This document shows positions 25,911 through 38,515 of a stretch of DNA of 64,000 nucleotides, piece by piece. The translations under genes were made by a program, and so were the position numbers. How positions within the stretch are numbered: position 1 is the first letter of the stretch; each line of letters opens with the position of its first letter. The stretch is from Chiloscyllium plagiosum (Eukaryota). Location of the stretch: positions 104,162,342-104,226,341 of the forward strand of contig NC_057718.1 in NCBI RefSeq assembly GCF_004010195.1, in the 5' to 3' direction. Under the pieces are notes generated by a model. That model made no database searches and was not told where the DNA came from. It saw nothing but the letters and a program-made list of their open reading frames with translations.

Positions 25911-27316
25911 GATATTGAAACCAGTCCATGCTGAATATAATCCCAAACCAAACCAGTCCCACCTTCCTGCTCCAGGCCCATATCCCTCCAAACCTTTCCA
26001 CTTCATGAATCCATCCAAATGTCTTTTAAAGGTTGTAATTTGACCTGCATCCACCAATTCCTCTGGAAGATCATACCACATGTGTATGTGTGAATGCCCT
26101 AATTTGGTGTTCCCTGAGACCATTATCCCATTGGGGGAGAGGGGAGGGGTGGGGTCAGCAAACTAACAGTGTGGTGCTAGAAATGAAGTGGGGGGGGGGG
26201 GGTAAGGCAATCACCCAGCCGTGGAGAAACAGCCAACAGATTCCCAAGGAGCACAGTCAGGCAGGGGCTGCTTCATTATTCCCTAATCACTGCCACTCTC
26301 ACTTCATCCTGAGTCTCCATTTTTGGTATTTTTATCCCAGTGTGGAAGATTAATGTCTCAGCAAACATTTCTTACAAAGTTTAAATTTGACCCCGTTTTG
26401 CATTTTCGCAGTATGGTCAATTTAACTGTTATTTTTTGCACAGTAGTATAAATACAGCATTCCAATGTCTTCCCAAATTAATGTAACGGTGAGTAACACT
26501 CTGCCATGTAACCTTAGTTGGGAAGACCTTCTTTTGCCAATATAAATATCAAAGGTTGTTTGGGCTGTTAGACGCTCAGTAACATGACGTGATACTTTTT
26601 TATTTTAGTACGTCAGTCCCTCTCCAGTGAAGGCCCAATTGTAAACTCCTAAAATGAAGTGAATTGCAGAAGTCTAGACTGTTCAGTTCCGTGCAATGTT
26701 GTAATAACTGCTCCCTGTTTTTGGCAAGTTTTTTGCCTCGCAGTTCTCAAGAGACTGCGGTATAAATTAATCCGTGTGTTGATCTGAATTGTGCATTTTC
26801 TGCATGATTAGGGTTTGGCTTCAGTACGGCACTGTTATCCTTCCACTGCAGAAACGCTTTGGAAATCATTGTGAGCTCCAACCTTGCCAAGTAAGGCTAT
26901 TAAGAGGTGACAGGCAGCATGTTTTATTTCACAACACATATAAATATCCATTTAATGTTTTGTATTTTTTTTTTCAGATCGGCCCACAGTTCCCACACAG
27001 AGAATGTTCGAGTGCACTGTAATATTCAAAAACACAACACAAGAATCCGAGAGGCTGCAAGTTGCAGATGAGAGCCTTGTATGGAGGCGAAGACTGACAT
27101 TATTGTGACTCATTTAGTTTGCCCTCATTCCTGGTTAAATCCAGGGGGACTCGCCAGGCACTGCCCCAATCGTCTCCATGTATCCATGTTTATCTGGGTA
27201 ATTGAATTTTCAGAACAGCTGCCATCCATCAACCACTTAAGTGAGATCTGCTAATGTTCATTTGTTGTGGGCTGGAAGAAGGATCCAATCACAGGAATGT
27301 GGAGACAGAGATGCAA

Positions 27317-27352
27317 TGATGCTGATGCTGATGCTGATGCTGATGCTGATGC
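27317..27352. repeat. (TGATGC)6 microsatellite
   Basis: Seen directly. Confidence 0.95.
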
Positions 27353-27369
27353 GTACTCAGCATTGAGCA

Positions 27370-27720
27370 TGTGTGTACCCTATCCTTCTCTCTCTGTAAA
27401 CTCCCCCACAGTCTAGAAACCTCTGAGATAGGTGACCTCTGTAATCCTCCAGTTCTGCACTCTTACACATCTCTAACTTTAAACACTCTGCCATTACTGG
27501 CTGTGGCCTTCAGCTACCTGGATCCGAAGCTCTGGAATTCCGTTCCTAAACCTCTCCACCTCTCCTGCCATTCTTTCACCTTGTAACCTGCCTCCTCAAC
27601 CACCTGTCCTGATAGCTCCCCATCTGGTTCAGTTTCAAAGTTTGACTGTCACTGTTGTGAAGGGTCTTGAGCTGTTGAACTGCCTTTAAGATGCGATATA
27701 AATGCAAGCGGTTGTTGTTG
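27370..27720 (+). mobile_element. L2 LINE 3' end
   Basis: AFSYLDPKLWNSVPKPL motif; tail gcgatataaatgcaag-(gtt)n. Confidence 0.75.
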
Positions 27721-28029
27721 ATTATTGTAACAGCTATGGACATCCCGAAGCCAAGGATGTTTGGCTCTCCATTCATCTGTATAGTCAGCAGCAGACTGCT
27801 CAGTGTCAGAGGAATGTTTTGGCAGAATGTCGAATGAATAGGTTTCACCAGCCATGCAGTTTTTAACAATAAAGGATTAGCATTCCAAACCTTCATGTTG
27901 TTCAATCCATTTATTTCAATAGTTTGATATTTTCTCTCTTTATTGAGTACTAACCTGAGGAGAGATCTCCACCTATATCAGTGAACATCAGGAATCATTG
28001 CGATGGATAAATTCTATAAATAGTAGACA

Positions 28030-29110
28030 GTGAGAAATGGACATTTTGGGAACTTGGAAGAGACCACTTTCTTTTTCATTTTGAACTACAAACTGGAAAA
28101 TGGGAAGTGGGAAACTGCTTGGAAGCCAAAAAAAAAACACCAGGAGAGATTTTTTTTTCCCTGCAACTTGAAGATCGAGTTGGATTGCGTGGGGGAATCT
28201 CTTGAATTAGTCAGGATTCAATTATAGTTCAACATGATGAGGAACAAAGCAGCTTGAGATTGGGAAGGAAATTTTAAAGGTGGAGATGGAGAGAAAAAGA
28301 TTTGAGCTTGAGTGAAAATAGACAGATAAATTATGGACATTTCACAGAGAGGAAAGCACAAGAAAGCTGATGTGAGAGCTAGAACCAGAGATCCTGCAAA
28401 GAGAGAAGAATAGTGAAAGGGGAGAAATGGAGAAAGATAGGGAATACCAGGTTGAAATGATGGAGATCAAATTCAAGACCTCCTGTCCCAAGGAAAGCTC
28501 TGATCAGGAAAAACTAGTCATCATCTAAAGGCTAATTCAGGAAAGTTTACATTTTTGCAGGCCCTACCAAAATTTGGGTAAAGGATGTGGACTCATTGTT
28601 ACGGCTTTTGAGAAAATAGCAGAGTAAATAGAATGGTTGTAGGGGAACTGAACACAGCCGCTGCAGAGTAGGTTGGTAGGTGGAGCACCGGAATTTTCTG
28701 CAGCACCGGAATTTTCTGCAGCACTGGGAGAAGATGTTTCAATGGACCATGAGTTTGAAATAAAGGCTTCGTTGGATGTTTATATGACAGTTCCTGAAAC
28801 AGTTTTGGAATTTAAGGTAACAGCCTGGCAAATGTGCATTGAATTTGAAAGGGTAAAGTGAGGTATTGTGTCGGGTGTGATACAGGTATTAGGAGTAAAT
28901 ACCTCCCTCCCCCCCATTTATTAAAGGTCATTCTGAAACAGGTCATTCTCTTCAAAGAATTTAACGCCTTTCATAATGAGAGGCCGTGTTGAAGACAAAA
29001 AGGTGGCAGCTGAGAGACAGGCAGCAGAAATGGTTAATGATTCTGAGCTGGTCCATAAAACTAGGTTTTCTTTTCTGTCCCTCTCCCATAAACTCACAAC
29101 AAGGGGCGCC
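28030..29110 (+). mobile_element. Decayed Ty3/Gypsy gag (SCAN-like capsid C-terminus)
   Basis: Hand translation across frameshifts: ESLELVRIQL, coiled-coil stretch, FLQALPKF/KDVD/AFEKIAE*IEW, CIEFERVK, LKQVILFKEF, VEDKKVAAERQAAEMVNDSELVHK. Confidence 0.75.
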
Positions 29111-29159
29111 AATGAAAGGAAGGGAAAGGAGAGGCAGACTGCAATTCCTCCAGATGTTA

Positions 29160-29445
29160 TAGAGTAATGGAATCCCACAGCATGGAGAGCAGCCCTTTGG
29201 CACAAACTGGTCCGTGCTGAACCAAAATGTCTCTCCACGCTAACCCAATTTCCCTGCACTTGGCCCATACCCTTCTAATCATTTCCTATCCATGTATTTG
29301 CCTAAATGCCTTTTAAATATTGTTAATGTACCCACCTCAATGACTTCCGCCTGGAGCTCATTCCACCACCCTCTGCGTAAAAAGGTTGCCTCTCGGGTTC
29401 CCTTTTATTCTTTCCCCTCTCACCTTAAACCGATGTCCTCTAGTC
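29160..29445 (-). mobile_element. CR1 3' end
   Basis: Same family as 108-476 and 12975-13710. Confidence 0.85.
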
Positions 29446-30249
29446 TTCCTCCTCAGATCCAGAAAAGGAGATGCTGAGGGTGGAGTTTACAATCGAGGGC
29501 TAGGTGTTTCTATCATCACAAGGTGAGACCTTCCCACTCAGAATGCTGGGAGTTGCAAGGGAAGCCCATTGGACCTTTTTGGGGTTCATCAGAGAAAGTC
29601 CAAAACAAAAAGGAACTCACAAGAAAAATACCATGGGTCAAATAAAGGCTTTCACTAGAACCAGGAGACTAGAGGTAAGCTTTGCTGTTACTGCCCGAGA
29701 GATGAGGAAGGTAGATAAGAGATAGCAAGGGTTTTTGTCAAGAGGAAAGATAACATCTTTCCTTCACATGATACAGGTAAACCTACTCAAAGCTTACAGG
29801 TAAAGCTCCTGAACTCTTTTGTTGGAGATGTAGATAGATCTTCCTCCAGAGAGAGCTAAGAAAGCCAATCTGTTAATAATCAGTATCAGTGGAGAGCGCA
29901 TCCCCATCCTGTTGTATAAAGAGCATGGCTTGTGATTGGGAATAGTGACACAAATCATTAAGAACGTACCTGTGAACAAATTTGACTTATTCCTAACTAA
30001 TGATTTGACTGGAGTGAAAGTTACAACTTTGCCTTTAATCAAAAGCTGAAAGGCTTTTATCTGTGTGTAAAAACCCAACGAAAGAAAGTAAGGTTAAAGA
30101 GTCAGATGGTGTACAGCAATAAGTTGCAGGCACTTCTCCATCATATGTGGGGACCAGAGCAATGGCTAAACAATATCATTCTCCAGAGGCCACAGTGATA
30201 CCACAAGTAGATATTAGTGTAACCAAACCTTTCTCTAATGATCGTGGAG

Positions 30250-30480
30250 TGAAATAACTCAGAAACCCCAAATGGAAAGGAACAATGTTTAATGTTGAGC
30301 ACCAAAATAGAGGCTCTACTCATGTCATATATTGACAAGTTCCAGGCCAAGACAGAGAGTCCTGCAGCTCAATCCCTGGGGCTGCTTTATAAAGGGCTCC
30401 AGTGATGAGTTCCATTGCCTTTTACTCAGGGAACTCATACTCAACAAACTCCATGAGGAGATTAATTAGTGATTCCCTAG
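30250..30480 (-). mobile_element. Possible decayed solo LTR
   Basis: Begins tgaaataactc and contains cagggaactcata, as in the solo LTR at 38060. Confidence 0.4.
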
Positions 30481-30699
30481 AAACCTTGAAGGGGTTAGCA
30501 CAGGGATAATTCATAGGAAGTGTTTAGGATGCCTTCAATAACTGAAGCTCAGAAACCAGATCCAGAGGTAAACAGGTTAACATGAGCAGCTCATACTGTA
30601 GCTGAGGCAGAAGGAGTTCCACAGTGTTATTGCATGAAAGACAGAATCACGTGTGTGGGTGAGGAATGAACAATTGTTTACCAGACAGAGGTGTCACTC

Positions 30700-31120
30700 A
30701 AAGATACAAACAAGAGCAGGCCATTCGACACTTTGAGCCTGCTCTCCCATTCAATAAGGTCATGGCTGATCTGATTTTAATCTCAACGCTACATTCCTGC
30801 ACTTGCCCCGATAATCTTTCATCCCCTTGGTCATCGCAAATCTATCTACCTCTGCCTCAAAACATTCCACATCCTCTGCCTTTTGAGGAAGGGAATTCTA
30901 AAGACTCACAACCTTCTGAGAGAGAAAAAAAAAGTTTCCTTATCTCTGTCTTAAACGGGTGGTCTTTATTTTTAAACTATTTCTCGATTCTCCTTTCTGC
31001 ATCCCCCGCCCAGTCTAGTCCCCTCTGCATCTTAAACGTTTCAATTAACGTCCCCTTTGACTCTTTGAACCTCCAGTGGGTACAGACCAAGCCTTTCCTC
31101 ACCAGGCAATCTGCTCAGTC
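30700..31120 (-). mobile_element. CR1 3' fragment
   Basis: gcaggccattcga..ccattcaataaggtcatggctgatc tail. Confidence 0.8.
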
Positions 31121-32178
31121 CCAATGGAGGTGTCAAAGGAGGCCTTTCTCTCCAGTGGGAGGCGCTGTATCACCCTCCTTCTGTCTGGACTGGGTTTCTG
31201 GGGTAGTGTTCAATAACCTGGGAGACTAAGCCATTTGGGAGCAACATGCCTGCCTTTAAGTAGCTCTACAGACACAAAATTCCATCCCTCCTTCCAGCCT
31301 CACCCCTACACAGGGATGGAGCTGTGAGGCTTCATTGTCTGCAGGTCTCACTGATTATAATTTTACACAGTCTCTGCACCTGCATGAATATGTGGTGCAT
31401 TACTTTGACCATCAGCTCCCAAACTTTTCAATATGCAGACTTCTAGACAAAAATGTTCATGTAGTAAGTCTACAGTAGAACCTTCAGAGACAGGTCCCCT
31501 CAGGGGAATCACATGCATCGGATTAAGACACACACTTGAGGAACGAGCAATGGTTCTGAACTGTTTGATGTTTCTTGCAAAGTAACCTGGTGAGTGAGAG
31601 TACTTTGCATTCCATAATGTGCAAGGACCTTCCGATTCACTAGGCCAGGACTGAGCCACGACCAACAGCAAAATCCTGCATGGGTCCAGCTGCCTTCATG
31701 TTGGCTTGGCTTGTGACAGGGCCTATTGTGTGGTGAATGAACACTCCTGCATTAACCCAATGCAGACTCAATACTACAGAGCTAATGGGATCAAGTGGTT
31801 CCTCAATGCAAACAAAGCCATGACCTGTCAGAAGACCTTTGAAGTTGTTTCGACATCACTTGCATTGAGGAAAGCAAATACCATAACATGGGGCTTTAGA
31901 GGCAGAAAAATACTTGAATGAGATCAATTAAGCAGTTTTAATATTGAAGGTGTGGGGATGTATTTCTAATTATCGAATGGAAACCATGAATCTTGTTTAA
32001 AATTGTGTATTTATTGGCCATCTTCAATGGACTGTTTTACAGATTATTTGACTTCTCCAGAAGACGCTGAGCTTCCACCGCATCACCCAGGGGAACTGGC
32101 AAACCAGCCGGCTTCTGTTGCTGAGCAACAGTCGGGTTCGCCCAGCAACCTGGCTACTTCCATATTTTGTAAAATTGC

Positions 32179-32302
32179 TGAAAAATTTGTGGGTGGAAAA
32201 GGGCTTATGCCCGAAACGTCGATTCTCCTGTTCCTTGGATGCTGCCTGACCTGCTGCGCTTTTCCAGCAACACATTTTCAGCAGTCCTCACTTTCTCCTC
32301 GA
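32179..32302 (+). mobile_element. Short PLE family A insertion with 17-bp TSD
   Basis: TSD atattttgtaaaattgc at 32162-32178 and 32303-32319; contains aagggcttatgcccgaaacgtcga without CUGAUGA. Confidence 0.9.
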
Positions 32303-32376
32303 ATATTTTGTAAAATTGCCAGTTTCACTTTACAAACAGACAAAACAGGAGCAGGAGTGGACCACTTAGCCTCTCA

Positions 32377-32468
32377 AGGCGAAAGTAAGCACTGCAGATG
32401 CTGGAGATCAGAGTCAAGATTAGAGTGGTGCTGGAAAAGCACAGCAGGTCAGGCAGCATCCGGGGAGC
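32377..32468 (-). mobile_element. PLE family A terminal-repeat fragment inside a CR1 tail
   Basis: ctgcagatgctggagatcagagtcaagattagagtggtgctgg; flanking degenerate duplication ggagtggacca/ggagtagacca. Confidence 0.85.
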
Positions 32469-33334
32469 TGGAGTAGACCATTCAGGCCCTCCAACCTGCT
32501 GCACCGTTCAAGAAGATCATGGCTGATCCACTTACATTTCAAATTCCCGATAGTTTCTGATCCTTCTGCCAAACAAGATTCTATCCGCTGCTGTGTTAAA
32601 AATATTGACCCTGATGGATTATCCCCTACAACATGAGATCTTATCTTCCTCAGTAAGGCACCTTATTAAGTGCCTACTAGAAATCCAAGTAAATATTCCT
32701 CCTTTACCAACAATGCATTCCTTCAAAGAACTCCAATGAAATATGATATCCTTTGAGAAAACCAGGTAGATCCTGAGATCTTGAGCTTTTCTAAGTGTAT
32801 AATTTCTTTCGAACTCAATTCTAACCCCTTTCCCATGACAAATGTTGTTGTGAACGGCTGTGATGGGATTTGAACTCAGGTTTGAGAAAGGATTGAGGCC
32901 AGTGAGCTGAGAAATACAGTGTTACTCCAACCCCAAAGGACAATCCAACATGCAGTCAACTTCAACTCAAAGCTTCGGGGATTCAGGATAAATCCAGGGG
33001 CATTAATAACAAAGGTGACTGAAGGAGACAAAATGACAGGGGGAGAAATTGAACCACCTCATGCTTGTTTATTGGACATAAGAATAGCGTTGAGGTAGTA
33101 AACCCCACCAAACATGACTAATTCCTAAATCTGACCTATCCACAAAACAAAACCCCCTCAGAAATAATATTACACATTGCTGGTACAGCTGGAACGTCAA
33201 CCCAGGTCCCTGGCTCAGAGGTAGGGACACTACCACTGTGCCACAAGATTTCCTATGTCTGTACCAGTCCCACACTAAGTAACCCCCCATCTTGATAAAG
33301 GTGCTCCCACAGCCACTCACGCAGTGACCTAGCT

Positions 33335-33705
33335 GCTCATTCTCTCTCTCTCACACACACACACACTCATTCACTCACTCATACCCTTATTCATTCATTC
33401 ATACACACACATGCTCACACACAAAAAACTCTCTCTCACTCACTGACTCATTCCCCTATCTCTCTCTCACACACAGACACAGACACACACACACACACAC
33501 TTATTCACTGACTGACTCATTCCCCTATTCATCACTCTCTCTCACACACACACATACACACACACACTCACTGACTCATTCCCCATTCACTCATTCACAC
33601 ACAACTCTCTTACTCACTCTGACTCATTCCCTTATTCACTCACTCACACAGCCACACATTTACTCACACACTCACTGACTCATTCCTCTATTCACTCGCA
33701 CACAC
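33335..33705. repeat. CA/CT-rich low-complexity repeat
   Basis: Repeated cactgactcattccc units with (ca)n and (ct)n runs. Confidence 0.9.
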
Positions 33706-34320
33706 CTGAGGTCTGCATGTTAGGTTGATACCTATATACTGGATCGCAACACATTGTGATGCTATCTAGTTGTCTTGCTGACACACTGCCTGCAGTAAAT
33801 GCAAAATAGAAACCTCTCTGATGAGCACTTTAAGTCTGAAAACCGAAGTAGCAAGTACAGCAGCCAACCTGAATCCCTTAATTTATGTTTTGAAAATCCT
33901 ATTTTCTCAAACAATTCAAGAATATCAGGAATGAGGAGGAGCCCCATGAAGAACATAAATCCCTGCACAGATCTGGAGGGCTGGTTGAGTTGTTCCTGTG
34001 TTTGGGATTAGATCCCGGGAAAGGACAGTTGGTGCAATACCCAGCAGATATAAACCCTGTCACCTTTTCAAATCAATATAATCTAGGGGAATTGAAAATA
34101 AGCTGATGATTTTCCACTGTTTGCATATTTAAATACCATCATTCAGTTTTTTTCTGAGCTGCCTAGTTTAAAGTGTTGCACTACACAATTTATTACAGGC
34201 TGCAAGAGCACAGTGTTTGCCAAAGTAATGCAGGACATGAGAAATGTGAACACAGTAGGATGTTAGTGAGTTTCATAAGAGTTGTCTCAGTTTAATGTAA
34301 TGATTGAAAAGTGAAAAAGG

Positions 34321-34550
34321 GTGGCTCAGTGCTTACCACGGGTGCCTCAAAGCACCAGCGACCCTGGTTTGATTCCACCCTCAGTATACGTGGAGTTTGT
34401 CTGTATGAGTTTCCTTCCACAGTCCAAAGATGTGCAAGTTAGCTGGACTGGCTACAGGAAATGCAGGGATAGGGAAGGGGTGGGAATGCTCTTCGGAGAA
34501 CCACTTGAAGGCCTGATGGCCTGCTTGCAGGCTGTAGGAATTCTATGGAA
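34321..34550 (+). mobile_element. Degenerate HE1/V-SINE
   Basis: gtggctcagtg..gtggagtttg..ttccttccacagtccaaagatgtgca. Confidence 0.8.
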
Positions 34551-35434
34551 ATAAAATCATTCGGGGGCAATAGCTGAGGGTTTAAAACGATAACAGATAT
34601 GCTTTCCCTTTCATACCTGTTCAGCTTTTTAATCCTTGCTCAGACAAGTTTTATTGGCAAATTAAACTTGACCACTGCATGTTGTTGTTTGCTCTGTTTT
34701 GTTTCTCACTGTAATATTCTCAAACCCCATACATCTGCTGGTGCAGACTATAAAGGCTGTAAATACATCAGAAGCATTAAGATGGACTGAATGCAAAGGC
34801 ATGGAGAAAGCATGCAGACGACAAAATAAATGGAACATGAAGAGAGACAGACAAGTGAATCTAAAACAGACACAGAAAGTGCTGGAGAAACTGACAAGGT
34901 GTCTGCAGAGAAAGAAACAAGAGTTAATGTTTCAAACCCAGTGACTCTTTGTCAGAACACAAACTGAAACAGCGAAAGTCACTCTCCAAACCAGAGGCCT
35001 TATATGATGCTAAATGTTTGATGTCAAAACTGTGTCTAATTTTAGATACAACATGTGAATTGGAATGTCTGAACGAAAAAGGATTGTATTGGAATTGTAT
35101 TTAATCAGGAAAAACATACAATCCCACTTGACCAACGTGTGTTGTAGACTAAACAATTACAACCGTGTGTATGGCCTGTGAGGATTCCCAAAAGAGCTGA
35201 AAGTCAAGATGAGGGGATAGTGCTCAAACTATTACGTGTTACTACAAGCATGTGAATGACATTTTTTGAATCCCAGCCAAATCCTGCTGTTTTATATGAA
35301 AGCAGTTTCCTCAGAAATTGACAGAGAATATGATACTTTTTCTTTTCATGTCAAGCTATGTCATGGAACATTGTAAAAAGATCAGGTGAAGCTGGTGACC
35401 TAGGCTGGACTACTGTGAGCGTTGTCAGAGATTA

Positions 35435-35652
35435 CAGGCGGGATGGCAATAACGCAGTAGTTCTGTTCTTGTGCAATCTCACATTAGAGGAAAATCGTGC
35501 AATTGCTGCACCATTTAAACTAATGGGGCTGGAATCACGATACAGCCAATACACGTTTTAAAAGTTTATGTTTTAGAAACAGTGTCCCAAATCTATCAAT
35601 CGTATTACAGTGAATTTGTTTTACAAAACGCTTATTATAGCGGAATGACCTA
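35435..35652. mobile_element. Tc1/mariner-type MITE with TA flanks
   Basis: TA-cagg..aataacgc ... ttatagcggaatgaccta-TA; homologous to 63733-63940. Confidence 0.65.
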
Positions 35653-35940
35653 TATGTGGAGTTTGACAATAAATCCCACCTTTCAAGAGTTATGGGGTTA
35701 ATGGATGTGCCAGGAACTTCAATTCAGATTAAGTATTCATTTATATAGCGATTAAAATAACATTCACTGGATTTCCACTAAGTTGGGGTCGCTTTGGAGC
35801 ACTTCAGAAATTATGGATAAGTGCCAATTCCAGGATTCCTGACCGCATTCCTGATTTTCATAAGGACTAGGGAAGGGTGCAATGAGGTTCAGGTCATGTG
35901 TCTCGACCCTGCATTCCTGACCTTAGCAGCTCCTTTATGC

Positions 35941-36103
35941 AGGAGAAAGTGAGGACTGCAGATGCTGAACAGTCAGAGTTGAAAAGTGTGGCGCTGGAAA
36001 AGCACAGCAGGTCAGGCAGCATCCGAGGAGCAGGAAAGTCGACATTTCAGGCATAAGCCCTTCATCACCTTCCTGTGCTTTTCCAGCGCCACACTTATCG
36101 ACT
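35941..36103 (-). mobile_element. Short fold-back PLE family A insertion with TSD
   Basis: TSD cagctcctttatgc (35927-35940) / cagctcccttatgc (36104-36117); internal inverted gtgtggcgctggaaaagcacag / ctgtgcttttccagcgccacac. Confidence 0.9.
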
Positions 36104-36353
36104 CAGCTCCCTTATGCCGATAGGTAAGGTCCACTCCTCTGATCCAGCATGGAGTTAGACCAGGTTTTCAGAGCCTCATGGTTCAGGGCATGTCGGAGAT
36201 GATTGCATGAGGGAAGCTTACCCCAAAGAGTCCACCTCATGGCACCCGTGCCCTTCCACCCACATCTTCTGGTACTTGATGTCCCTGCAATGAACAGCTC
36301 ACCCCCTTCCTCCATACCACGTTTCTGCCCATTTGCTGATATGAACCCTATTG

Positions 36354-36639
36354 ATTAGATTAGATTCCCTACAGTGTGGAAACAGACTCTTCAGATCAAT
36401 AAGTCCACACCAACCCTCCGAAGAGTAACCCACCCTGACCCATTTCCCTCTGACTAACGCACCTAACACTATGGTTGTTTTAGCATGGCCAATTCATCTG
36501 ACCTGTCGTCTTTGGATTGTGGGAGGAAACTGGAACACCCGGAGGAAACACATACAGACAGTTGCCCGGGGCTGGAATCGAACCTGGGTCCCTGGTGCTG
36601 TGAAGCAGCAGTGCTAACCACTGAGCCTCCGTGCCGCCC
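36354..36639 (-). mobile_element. HE1 (V-SINE) element
   Basis: Minus strand gggcggcacggaggctcagtggttagcactgctgc tRNA head, V domain with a deletion, CR1-like tail. Confidence 0.92.
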
Positions 36640-37062
36640 ATATAGTGACCATTGGACGTTTAAAAATGGCTTTTAAAAAATTCAGGTGTTCAGTATTTTC
36701 CATTTGCTCCATGCCAATAAAAGTGTGTATCACGCTCTCCCTTTGAAATGTCAATATCCCTCAGCTTGTATAAAGAAACATTGTGCACACAACAAAAGAG
36801 ATCAGGGGACAGAGATGTCAATCAAAGTGACATTTTCTCTTCAAATTCGGCTTTTTGAGTAAATCTATCACTTTCTGGGCTCTCAGCCAAGAATTCAGAA
36901 TTAATATTCTCACTGTCACTGTCCAGCTTCAGGACAAAAGTCAGCTTTTCTCTCCAAATATACCCCCTGACCTATCAGCATTTTCTGCTCTGACTTCAGA
37001 TTGCCAATATCTACAGTAAGTTGCTTTTGTATTGATCTTTGCTAACTGTACTTTTTTTTTAA

Positions 37063-37409
37063 TTTGAATCCTTACAGTGTGGAAACAGGCCCTTCAGCCC
37101 AACAAGGCCATACCGACTTTCCAAAGAGTAACCCACCCCGACCCATTCTCCCTCCCTATTATGCTATATATGCTGCTGACTAATGCGCCTAACCTACACA
37201 TTCCTGAACACTCTGGGCAATTTTAGCATGGCCAATTCACCTAACCTGGACACCCTTTAGATTGTGGGAGGAAACTGGAACACCCGGAGGAAACCCACAC
37301 AGACACAGGGAGAATGTGCAAACTCCACACAGACAGTCACCCGAGGCTGGAATCGAACCCGGGTCCCTGGCGCTGTGAGGCAGCAGTGCTAACCACTGAG
37401 CCACCATGT
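37063..37409 (-). mobile_element. HE1 (V-SINE) element, near full length
   Basis: ggtggctcagtggttagcactgctgcctcacagcgccagggacccgggttcgattcc..gtctgtgtggagtttgcacattctcc. Confidence 0.95.
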
Positions 37410-37456
37410 CACTTTATTATATTCTTTAAGCCAATTGTTAACTAGGGGCATTCTTC

Positions 37457-37781
37457 ATAGAACCCCTACTGTATGGAAGCAGGCCATTTGGCCCATTGAG
37501 TCCACACCAATCCTCCAGAGAGCATCCCATTTCAACCCAACCTCCACTTCTCCTCCCCCAGCCTATCCCTGTAACCCCTGCATTTCCCATGGGTAATCCA
37601 CCTAGCCTGCACACCATGGACAACTTAGCATGGCCAATCCACCCTAACCTATATATCTTTTGGATTGTGGTAAGAAACCGGAGCACCCAGAGGAAACCCA
37701 CGCAGACACGGGGAGAATGTGCAAACTCCACACAGACAGTTGCCCAAGGCTGGAATCGAACCTGGGGTCCCTGGTGCTGCC
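37457..37781 (-). mobile_element. HE1 (V-SINE) element
   Basis: V domain gtctgtgtggagtttgcacattctccccgtgtctgcgtgggtttcc. Confidence 0.92.
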
Positions 37782-37925
37782 TCCTGGTCATAGAGATAGC
37801 AGTCTGAAACTTCTCGTATCTGCATATACAGTGTTCCTATGACTGCTTACTCTTATCTCTGAGGAAGGCACTTCAACTCCTTACGTTGTTTAACACTCCT
37901 TTATTTGTATTGTTACTGAGCAGGA

Positions 37926-38515
37926 GGCAATGGTAATGTTACTGAACAAGTAATTCACAGGCCCAGGCCTAATCTTCTGAATATATCGGTCCAAATTCCA
38001 TCATGGCAGTCATTTAAATGAATAATTCTTGCTTTTAAAGATCTCTCAGCAATGGGCAGTGAAATAACTCGACAGAGGCTGATATCCTGTCACCAAGTCA
38101 CTCTTTATTTACGTGAGAACCCCTGACACTGACCCAGCTCCCTCAGAGCCAGCTCTCAGAGTGAACAGAATCTCTGACACTCCTGCTTCTATCTGTCAGC
38201 CAGGGCTCCCTGATTCGACCAGACTAACAGCCCCCATCAGGGAACCCCTATTCAATGAGGTCCACCTAGCTGACCTCATTACAATCGCTACAGGTAGCAT
38301 TAAGCGAACATGAAAACCGATCTATCTGTCAGAAAAGGCCAACTGGTTCACTATTGTCCTTCAGGGAAGGAAATCTGTCATCCTCACCTGGTCTCGCCTA
38401 CATGTGACTCCAGACCCACAGCAATGTGGTTGGTCCTTACTGCTCTCTGAAATGTCCTAGAAAGTCACTTAGTTTATGGGCAATAAATGCTGACCCATAT
38501 CATTGAAAGAATAAA
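37926..38515 (+). mobile_element. tRNA-head SINE sharing its 3' tail with the Crack-like LINE, split by a solo LTR
   Basis: ggtaatgttactg..ctggttcacta..gggaaggaaatctg..catgtgactccagacccacagcaatgtgg..gggcaataaatgc; other copies at 7390, 18370, 39398, 40185 and 52897. Confidence 0.8.
38060..38292 (-). mobile_element. Solo LTR (233 bp)
   Basis: TG..CA termini, 5-bp TSD ggcag/ggtag, AATAAA on the minus strand; interrupts a SINE. Confidence 0.85.

Noticed and set aside
37340..37409. tRNA gene (also tRNA-like pieces at 1-65, 9490-9580, 15990-16050, 33150-33250)
   Set aside because: A/B boxes run directly into SINE bodies, with no complete cloverleaf
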